This document shows positions 1 to 10,600 of a stretch of 33,669 nucleotides of DNA, piece after piece (the first letter of the stretch is position 1; every line of letters begins with the position of its first letter). A model generated the notes under the pieces. That model ran no database searches and was not told where the DNA came from. It worked only from the letters and a program-made list of their open reading frames with translations. Source of the DNA: Candidatus Hadarchaeales archaeon (GTDB lineage: Archaea > Hadarchaeota > Hadarchaeia > Hadarchaeales > Hadarchaeaceae). Both the position numbers and the translations under genes were made by a program. The DNA lies in assembly GCA_038851075.1 (NCBI GenBank), contig JAWCLG010000011.1, positions 1-33,669 of the forward strand, given 5' to 3'.

Positions 1-5
1 ACCAG

Positions 6-3000
6 GTGACCCTGCTCAACGCACTGAAGTCTCCATTCTACACCAGCAGCTGGGTGCAGGGTGAGAATTTCAAGTATCCTGGAGAGCTTGTCGACGAGGA
101 GTACTACTGGAGGGTGAAAGCGAAGGACGACGCGGGAAACGTTGGAGAAGACTGCGGGGACACGTGGTTCAGGGTGGACACCAAGCCACCGGTTGCTCCT
201 TCCCTCAGCTGGCCAACCTACGGCGAAAACGTGAACGACAGCACGCCTAACCTCAGGTGGACGTACGATTACGCGGGGGGCGAGGTCGGAGGCGGAAACG
301 AGAAGTCGAAGCCCGCCTCATACAGAGTCTGGATCGCACACGATGTCGACTTCACAGAACTAGTTTTGGACTCGGGTTGGATGGCAGATCCAAACCTCGA
401 GGACGTGAATGAGAACTGGGAGGTGCCCGTTGAGAACCTCCTCCCGGACAACGTCAACCACTACTACTGGAAGGTGGGAATCAAGGACGCGGCCGGAAAC
501 GTCGGGGAGAACTCCGAGGTGTGGATATTCTGGATCGATACAGTCAAACCGCCTAAGCCGGATCCCGTCTCTCCGGAAAACAACTGGTGGGTGTCATCGA
601 CCGAGAACCTCCAGTGGACATCTGTTGAGGACAACTCGAAACCCGTCGTTTACAGGGTATGGGTCGCTCGCGATGAGGAGTTCACGATGGTGGACAGGGA
701 CTCCGGATGGAGAACCGAGAACTGGTGGAAGATCTCCCCGCCGCTTGTGGACAACTGGTACTGGTGGAGAGTGCAGGCAATGGATAACGCTGGAAACCTG
801 AGCGAAAATGCAGACGCCAGAAGATTCCTGGTGGACACGCAGGCTCCCGGAAAGACCCAGCTTCTGGCACCAGTTGAGGGGGAGAACATGAAGGACAACA
901 AACCAACCCTGCGCTGGGTGGACAACATAGAGGACCCAGCCCAGCCGGTGCTCTACTACGTGTGGGTGGCGAAAGATCAGGGGTTCACGCAGATTTACTG
1001 GGAAACAGGGGCATGGATCGAGGAGAACGAAGTGGAGGTTGGAACAGAACTTCCCGACAACGTCTACTACTGGAAGGTCGGGATAATGGACAACCTCGGA
1101 AACATCGGTGAGAACTCCGACTATTCCTGGTTCAGAATCGACGTGACCAAGCCGCCAAAGCCAGACCTGTACAGGCCTGCGAATAACACTTCAACCGAAA
1201 ATCTATCAGTTGAGCTGGAGTGGTCTCATCTCACAGACGAATCGGGCATAACTTATCATCTCCAAGTTGGAGCCGGATCAAACTTCGAAATGCTGGTGGA
1301 TAACGACAAGCTGAAGGAGAACATTTACCAGTTCACGGCCCCGCGGACAGGACTGTATGTCTGGAGGGTCTGCGCATACGACAACGCGGGGAACATCGGA
1401 GAATGGTCGGACAACTACGTGTTCACAGTTGGCATGTGGCATCTTGCAGAGAACTGGAGCGGGACGATGGGGGTGCTGGTTTCATGGCTGCAGGCGGAGG
1501 GATGGTCCGGGGATGTGAACGCGCCCGTGGGATGGGTGAGCACGGATACATGGGCGGGATCAGTTGTAGTGCCTGTTTCATGGTTCACAGCCGAATTCTG
1601 GAGCGGAGCGATGGGGGCACCGGTTGCTTGGAGCGAGACGGAGTCCTGGAATGGATCAGTTAACGCTCCCGTCAGCTGGCTGAATGTTGAGTCCTGGAAT
1701 GGATCAGTTAACGCTCCCGTTTCATGGCTGCAGGCCGAGGTATGGTCCGGTGCTTTGAACGCGCCTGTTGGGTGGATGAACGCCGAAACCTGGTCCGGGA
1801 GCTTGGGAACGTTCACCCCGGGCTGGTGCCTCGTGCAGAGCTGGTCAGGGGCCGTTCTAGTTCCGGTTGCTTGGGTGCAGACGATGACATGGAGCGGGAC
1901 GGTGAGTGCTCCGTCCCAATGGTCAGTTGCCGAGTCATGGAACGGGTACGTCGGAGTGGTAGTTTCATGGAACGTCGGAGAAACTTGGGCAGGCGCGATA
2001 GGGGCTCCGGTGGCTTGGGTGAACACGGAAACTTGGGCCGGAAAGGTATACGCGCCCGGTCCCGCACCAACCCTGATTTACCCGTCCAACAACTCAGCCG
2101 TACACGATAACGCCCCAACGTTCACATGGGACAACACTTGGGTCGCGGACAACTGGGAGATATGGGTCGACAATGACAGCAACTTCGACACTCCGGTATT
2201 CGTGGAGAACACGGTCAATAACTTCTTCAACTCGCCCCAGCTTGGAGATGAGAACTATTACTGGCGCGTGCGTGGCTGGCTCGGTCCGTCCGCATCTCCC
2301 TTCACAACGTATTCCGTGCTCATAGACACAGTCAGGCCGACCGTGCCGTTGAAGTCTGACATAGCAGAGGACACAGGAAAATCTGACTCTGACATGATAA
2401 CCAATGACGACAACATAAAGTTCATGTGGGGCGCCTCCTCTGATAGTTCAAACTCACCAACCGGAGAAAAGGCAGGAATCAGATGGTACGAGATAATTGT
2501 TGACGATGATTTGTTGCCTCCGTACGAAATTGCAGAAAATGTGGCGGGGCAGGAGATTTACATAGAGGTTCCGGAGGGCACGTGGAAGTGGATAGTCAGG
2601 GCCTGGGACTGGGCCGGCAACGTGAGCGAAAACGAGGCTCCATGGACGCTGATCGTCGACTTCACGCCTCCCGCTCCTCCCTCACTAATAACGCCGGCCA
2701 ACAACTCCGCAACGAAACAGACATCGGCCCTCCTGTTCCAGTGGGAGAACATGGCGAACTCCGACAACATCTGGAAGTACTGGGTTCAGATAGACAACGA
2801 CCAGAGCTTTCCTGGGAACCATCCGAACAAAACGAATACATATCCCACCGTCAACTACATCACAAAGTACTTCATCTATGACCCCAAGGATGAGAACTAC
2901 TGCTGGCGCGTGAAGGCTTACGACATCGCCGGAAACGAAGGCGACTGGTCTCAGGTTTGGTGTGTGATGATAGACACCAGAGCACCGATGTCTCCTGGAA

Positions 3001-4620
3001 AGTATCAACCTGTGGACAATGAAAACATAACATCATCAACCGTCCTATTCGTCTGGGGCGAGACTAATGACCAGTCTTACTCTCCAACTGGTGAGGTGGC
3101 GGGAATCGAGACCTATGAGATATGGATAGATGAAGATCTGAACTTTGGCTCGCCATATCTCGTCGAGAACTTCTCCCCGACTGGAACGGGATCCGTGGAG
3201 TTCGAAATTTCCCTGCCGGACAACGTATACTACTGGCGCGTCAGAGCCTGGGACAGGGCGGGCAACCCCGGAGGCTTCGAAACCGCGTGGAAGTTCACAG
3301 TGGACAACACGCCACCTTCCGCACCGGATCTGGTTTCGCCAGATAACCTGACCATGATGAACGACAACAGACCCACATTCACCTGGACAGAGGTATATGA
3401 TGTGACCGGAGTGACATACGAGATATGGATCGATAACGTTCCGACCTTTGACGATAACCCGTTCGTGGACAACACGGAAAACACGTTCTATGCTCTTAGC
3501 CTCGAGAACGCGCTCACGGACGAGAACTACTACTGGAAGGTCAGGGCGTGGGATGGAAAGAACTGGAGCGAGATCAGAAAGCCCGGACCGTTTTCTGGAA
3601 TAAATTCCCTGCTGCTGGACACGAGAGGACCGCCGGCTCCGAGTTCCTCTCCTGTGGTACAGATAGAGGGCAAGTGGTATGCCGGAGACGGGCTTATAAC
3701 CGGAGACAACCAGCCGTCCGTCCACTGGAACATGGTCACAGACCTCTCGTACTCTCCGACAGGAGAGGTCTCAGGGGTGAGGTATTACGAGCTGGAGATA
3801 GATAACGACAACGGCTTCACGTCGGTCGAATATCGTTGCTTCACATCCGACAACGTCTTCAACTACCTGGACGATAACTACCCGGTCGGAGCCGGGTTCC
3901 CGGATGAAAACTACTCCTTCAGGATCAGGGTCTGGGACTGGGCAGGGAACCACGGGGACTGGAGCCCCATCTGGAGTTTCATAGTTGACACGACACCTCC
4001 CACGGTTCCTGAACTCAAGGCACCGGATAACAATGCCGCGGAAAACGTGGGCATGGCATCCCTTGAATGGTACGATTCCTATGACGCAACGGGCGTGGAC
4101 CACTATTACATAGAGGTGGATGATGATCCTAGCTTCCTGACGCCGCTCGATCCCGGGTTCTTCTCTGATGATCCCACGAACCTAAAGACCACAGCAGTGG
4201 TGGTGACATTTCCTGAGGATGGCAGATACTACTGGCACGTTAAAGCGATCGACAAAGCTGGGAAGGAGAGTGCCTGGTCAGAAACCTGGGAGGTTGTGAT
4301 TGACTGTGTGAAGCCGCCGGTACCCGATCCTCTCACGCCGGTGGACAACTATCTCACTTCGGATAATACTCCGACTTTCCACTGGACCAGCGTTGAGGAC
4401 AACACAGAGACAACTCCACATGTGAGCGGTGTGGAAAACTACGTCCTTCAGATAGATGACAGCCCGGCGTTCACCTCTCCTGCCAGCTTCGTCACGCAGG
4501 AGAATATGCTCACCATCCCGGCCGACAATTCCCTCGCGGTCGGCGCATGGTACTGGAGGGTGTGCGCTGTCGACAGGGCCGGGAACCAGGGCGACTGGTC
4601 GGAGAACTTCAGGATAAACA
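6..4620 (+). repeat. About 13 FN3/Ig-like protein modules (~100 aa) in the giant protein, interrupted by the Trp-repeat block
   Basis: Recurring YYWRV.A.D.AGN....W.F.VDT.PP..P.L..P signature; counted by eye as 5 copies before 1437 and 8 after 2063. Confidence 0.85.
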
Positions 4621-7600
4621 TCACGGATTTGGTCCTGACTCTCGCGCTATCTGACAACATCGTCAACCCAGGGGAGAACTTCGCGATCTCCGGAAGGGCG
4701 AGCTGGCAACCCGAGAACCTGCCCGTTGACAACAGACCGGTGTATGTGTACGTTGATGACAATCTCATCGATACGTTGTACACCGACAACTACGGATGCT
4801 ACTCCACCTCTTACCTGACGAACGCCCTCGGTACGCATCAGGTCAAGGTGGCGATAACTGACAACCACGGAGTATATGAGGAAAACGTGGTGACCTTCAG
4901 CGTCGAGACGCTCACTGTGACAATAATGCTGGACGATTACGTGGCCAACCCCGGAGAGAGCATCGCGATATCCGGCCAGGTCCTTCGCTGGCTGGACTGG
5001 GAAAATGCTGTTCCAGAGAACAGGAGCGCGACTGACATTGTGATATACGTTGATGAGAACTATCAGACCACGCTTCACCCTGATGAAAATGGAAACTACA
5101 GCGGAGAGATCACGGCTCCTGAAAACCTGGGAGCGCACACAGTGTATGTGGACATCGAGAATCCGGACGGCATCACGGGAGATAACCAGACCAACTTCCA
5201 GGTCAAAACCGTGCACCTCACGTTCTCATTCGAACGCAGCATGGCCAACCCTGCCGAGAGGCTGAGGTACTCAGGTGTGGCTACCCTACTGCCGGACGGG
5301 ACCAAGGTGAGCGGCAAGACGGTCGAGGTCTGGCTGGGGGACACCCTCAAGAGCACCGCCCAGACCAACCCAGACGGGAGCTACTCGGGCGAGGTCATAG
5401 TACCCGAGGAACTCGACACGTACCAGTACACGGCAAAACTCTGGGCAGACGACTGGATAAAGGGAGAGAACACCGCGCTGGTCACCGTGAAGAGAATAGA
5501 TCTAGTAGCGTTTTACGATGACAACACGGTGAACCCCGGGGAGCCGAACCAGATTTACGGAACCGCTTTCCTCCTGCCAGACAACGAGCCGGTGGTAGGA
5601 CAGCAGCTCACGTTCACGCTTGAGGATGATCAGGGCAGGATCGTTGGAGGGGCAACGGGATACACCGGCCCGACCGGAGCGTACGCCATCAGCTTCACCA
5701 CGCCCAACGTCTATGGAGTCTACAGAGGAATGGTCAGCATCACCTATCAGGTGTTTTCGGCGGTTACGGTGAGGTATCTCTACGTGAAGGCGGGCGTTAT
5801 CCCGCTGTACTTCGACGACAACGTTGTGAACCTGACGCAGGACTTCTGGATTTCCGGAACAGCCAGAGTGCTGCCAGACAACGCTCCGGTCGCAAACGCA
5901 GAGGTGAAGATATACAGGGACGGAATACTGTACGACAACACGGTCACGAACGAAAACGGACAGTACTCGTATAAGTACACCGAGGACTCGATCACTCCCG
6001 AAAAACGCACAATAAAGGTAGTTGCGGTAAGCCCGGAGGGAATAGTGTGCGAAAACACGCAGTACTTCGAAAAGCGCGTCCTTCAGTACGAGCAGCTCGT
6101 GTCATACGACTCCCACGATCAGTTCGACAGCGTGCTGAATCCGGGAGAGAACTTCTACCCGAGCGTCCTGATCGAAGAGAATAACGGGACACAGGCTTTC
6201 AAAGTTCAGAAATCTCTGGACACCGACCTGTTGAGGGCCAAGGTCGGAGCAAACGTCTACGTGATGTCGCACATAAGGGAAGGTCGCTGGAAGGTGCCCA
6301 GCCTCCAAACCGCACCGAGCTCTCCCGGACAGTACTATATCATGATCGACGTCATGGGTTCCAGCGAGAACGGGATAACCACGCCCGCTTACGGCCTGCA
6401 GATGTTCTACTATGTCAAGACTCTCTCACTGGAGCTGCGCGCCACCGACTACACGGTGAACCCAGGCCAGCAGAATGTGGTTGCATACGGCACGGTCAGG
6501 CTTGTTCCGGATGGGACTCCGGTCGCTGGAGAAAACGTGGCGATATCGTTTGCCGGTGAAAACTATCTGTTAACCACGGCCGATAACGGATACTACTCAT
6601 GCGTTCTGAACATCCCAATGACCTCCAGAGTTGAGAACCTGAGGGCGAGCATAGTGGACTCCAGAGGGCTTGAGATGGAGAACACGGTGACGATAACGGT
6701 AGGGTCAATAGATATATCGTTAATCCCGGAGACTGAGATAGCAGGAGAGGGGCAGCCGTTCAGAATGTATGGAACTGCGTTGCGCAGGCCAGAAAATACT
6801 CCTGTTCAAAACACTGAGGTGAAGTTCTACATTGACAACTCATACATCAAGAGCGTGTATACCGGCACAAATGGTGCGTATGAAATCATACACACCTTCA
6901 CGACGCGCGGAATATACGAGATCAGAGTGGAGATTGTCGACGCTGATGGTATAGTCGGGGAGAACTACAGGAGTGTAATCGCTGGCAGGCCGCTGCGCAT
7001 CTGGGACAACGTTGGCATAAAGGACGTTTCTGGCACGCCTATACAGGCTACGATGAAGTTCTACGAGCAGGGCACCTCGAATGTCGCTTTTCAGATCACC
7101 ACATCCTCGGACGGTACCTATGACGTCTGGGGATTCGCAGGATACTTCGATCTGGAGATAAGCTTCCCAAGCCAGGCCGTGACCCTGAAATATGAGAACT
7201 TAAACCTTGACGGGTTCAGCGCCTGGGATGAGATAAGCAGATTCATAGAGGCCGACACACCGCCTTCGGCGTATGTTTCAGTTCCGGGAACCAGGGGCAC
7301 TCTCAGGGGAATCGCGATCCGTCCACATCAGGTGTTCACAGAGAACTACAGCAGGCTGGTCGTCACATTCACGTACAGCAGCTACATCCAGCAGGTGGGA
7401 GACATATGGTTCCTAAGAGTGTACAGGACCAAGGGATACCAGCTTGAGAACCGTATGGTGGAGGGAGGCTGGAAGGAACTGGGAGGGACTCTGGATGTTG
7501 CCAACTACAAGATCACCGCGATAGACAACGAGGACCCGCCCGCGGTGGCGTACGTCGTGGCGGAGTACGACCCGCTCTCCGCGGTTCTCCTCACTTTTGA

Positions 7601-10600
7601 AAATGCGGTTTCCACAATTCAGGAAACCGCCGGGCTTCTTGGAGAGATGTCGCAGAGCCTCATGGATAACGCCCTCCTGCTCGCCAGCGTTGTGGATAAT
7701 CTGAAGCAGACCGTGGGCAATCTCGCGACACAGGAGAACATCGCGGCACTGGCGGATATACAGGGGCAGATAGCAAACATCCTGGACAACGTCTCCGGCA
7801 TCCTCAACCAGATTGTGAATCTCGAAAACTCTTCACTGGGGCTTACAGAGAACCTCTGGAGCGCGTTCATCCAGCTGTCACAGCTTCTCGAGAACGCGTC
7901 CAGAAGCTCTCAGGTCGACGAGATAAGGGAGCAGCTCTCCCAGGCATTTGCGGTGCTTCAGGGCCTGGCTCCCAGAGAGTCTCTGAGCATAGACCCATCC
8001 ATAGCCTGGCTTGAAATCTACCAGGGTGAGACCACGGAGTTCTTCGTCAGAATAACAAACACGTCCACATCGGACCTGTCGGTTCATCCTGAGAAGGGCG
8101 TCAGAAACTGGCCTGAGTCTCTTGAGCTCGACAGATCTATCAGGATGTCTTTCGATCCCTCTGTCCTGAGCCTGAAGTCAGCGGAAACCCGCACGCTGAC
8201 GGTAACGGTAGTGGCCGGAACGAACGTGCCGGCGGGCGTATACTCCGGAGAGGTGCTGATCAAGGGCACAGGCGTGGAGAAGGCGCTCCCCGTTGCCATG
8301 AGAGTGCGTCCGTGGGCTAGGGGACTCTTTGACCTCAGCGTGACCTCGCTTGTCAGGACCAGCTATCCTGGAGGAAAGGTCCCGGTGGAGGTACAGCTGA
8401 AGAACATGGGTATCCAGGCCGCTGACGCCGAGGTAACTGTCACCCTGGAGAGCGTATCAGGTGCTAGGCTGGCCACCGTGATGGGCGAGACGGTCAAGGT
8501 GGATGTGAGCGAGACCAAGGTTCAGACATACGAGATCGAGGTGCCGGTTGATATAGAGGAGGGGCAGTACGTTATCAAAGCCGTTGCGGTTTATCACTGG
8601 AACGGAGATAATGTGACGATTTCAGGAGTGGACACGGTGGAGATTGAAAAGTTCATAAAAGTCACGCTTAGAACGCTGGCGCGCGAGGTTGAGCCCGGCG
8701 GAAAGATTCCTTTTGAGGCGGAGTTCAGAAATACCGGGTCGGAGTGGACCGAGGTCAACGTTAAGCTGCAGCTCCTGACACCGGCTGGAGAGCCCTGCTG
8801 GTCGGAATCTGTCAGAATATCTCTCGAGCCAAACTCTGTTGAGAGAAGAACGTATGAGGCGGATGTACCATCAGACACCGCTGGAGGAACGTTCGTGCTC
8901 ACGGCATCCGGCGAATACGTGTGGCTGGAAAAGGCGATTTCAATCACCGAGGCAGAGGCAGAGGTTCAGGTGAAAAGCCCGCCGTTCACCTTCTTCGGCA
9001 TCTCAATACCCTGGTTGATAATCTCGGCCGTGGCAATAGTGGCCGCGGGTATCGCTGGAAGGTTTGGATACAGGTACTACCAGAAGAGAAAAGCTGCAAG
9101 GCGCAGGTTTGAGGCGAGACTGTTTACCGCCGAGCTTCCGAAACCCGGGCCGGACGCCATTAAGATAGGAAAGCTCGCGGAGGCACCTGGAGACGCTCAC
9201 CTTGACATAAATGACCTGAGAATGCATGTCATGACGGCAGGCGCCACCGGAGGCGGAAAAACTATCTCGTCGATGGTAATTGCCGAGGAGGCGCTGCTGA
9301 AGGGCAGGAACGTGATTGTCTTCGACCCGACCGCACAGTGGACCGGGTTCCTGAAGAAGTGTACCTCCGAGAAGATGCTGTCATATTACAAGAACTTTGG
9401 GATGAAGGATAGCGATGCCAGGGGATTCCCTGGTGTGGTCAAGCTTGTAACAAACCCGAGGCAGAAGCTGGACATGAAGGAGCTGCTCGGTGAGGAGGCA
9501 AGAGGAAAGATCACCGTGTTCGTGATAGAGCGTCTGAAGCCGGGAGATATGGACGTGTTCGTAACCAACGTAATACAGTCCATATTCGAGTCACAGCCGA
9601 TGGAGTATCCGGGGCTGAAGACCCTGCTCATATTCGACGAGGTACACAGGCTTCTCCCGAGGTTCGGAGGGACCGGTGCCGGAGTCATACAGCTCGAGCG
9701 CGCCGTCCGTGAGTTCAGAAAGTGGGGAATAGGAGTGATGCTCGTGTCCCAGGTCATGGGAGACTTTGAGGAGGAGATAAGATCAAACATAAGGACTCAG
9801 GTTCAGTTCTGGACCAGGGAGAAGGAGGAACTTGACAGGATATCAAGGACATACGGAGAGGAGCACATGCGTTCGGTCTCCAAGGCCCCGGTTGGATTCG
9901 GCATGCTAGTCAATCCGGATTACAACAGAGGCAGGCCTTACTACATCAACTTCAGGCCGATTCTGCACGAGGTTCAGAGGCTGGATCCAAAGCAGCTCGA
10001 CAGGTACTACGCGGCCGATGAGAGGATAGAGAACATCAAGTACAAGCTGAAGAAGCTGGAGGAGAAAGGAGTTGATGTCTTCGATCTGCGCATTGAACTC
10101 GGGCTGGCAATGCGCAAGCTTGAGGAGGCTTCGTTCGACATGGTTGACGCTTATCTCGAGTCGCTCGAGCCGAGGGTGGAGAGCGTGTGCGCCCAGCACA
10201 AGATGGCCGGATTGAAGCGGGAGATTGAGCTGAGGTCGGAGAAGGAGATAAAGGAGACGCAGATGGCGGCGCTCAGAGAGCGTGAGCGCAGGCTCGGAGC
10301 GGTTGCCAGACGCCCGCCGGAGATTGTGGAAGCCTACAAGGAACTGCTCGCGCGCGCAACTCCGGTGGCAACAGGAGAGACAGGGAAGCCGCTCAAGGAG
10401 GAAGAGGTGGTGCATCCGATGGCGGAGAAGGGACCGCCAAAGAGCGAGGAGGAGATAGAGAAACAGATGGAGGAGATTGAAAAGCCGAAAGAGGCGGCTG
10501 AGAAGAAGGTCGTGGAGGAGAAAGAGGAGCAGGTCAAAAAGGCAAAAGAGGAGAAGAAACCGGCCGCAAAGGCCAAGGCGAAAAACGGCGCTGCGAAAAA

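Noticed and set aside
6-8. GTG as the true start of the giant protein
   Set aside because: The frame is open to the window edge, starts mid-module and has no signal peptide.
1415-2026. 203-aa minus-strand ORF with repeats; possible CRISPR-like periodicity
   Set aside because: It is the antisense shadow of the coding Trp repeats. The 48-nt units are degenerate codon repeats with no constant repeat plus unique spacer pattern.
9130-10030. HerA-NurA repair operon, anti-phage HerA system or conjugative element
   Set aside because: No nurA, mre11, rad50, Sir2/nuclease partner, relaxase, integrase or att-like repeats in the window, and the ATPase is fused to a surface protein.
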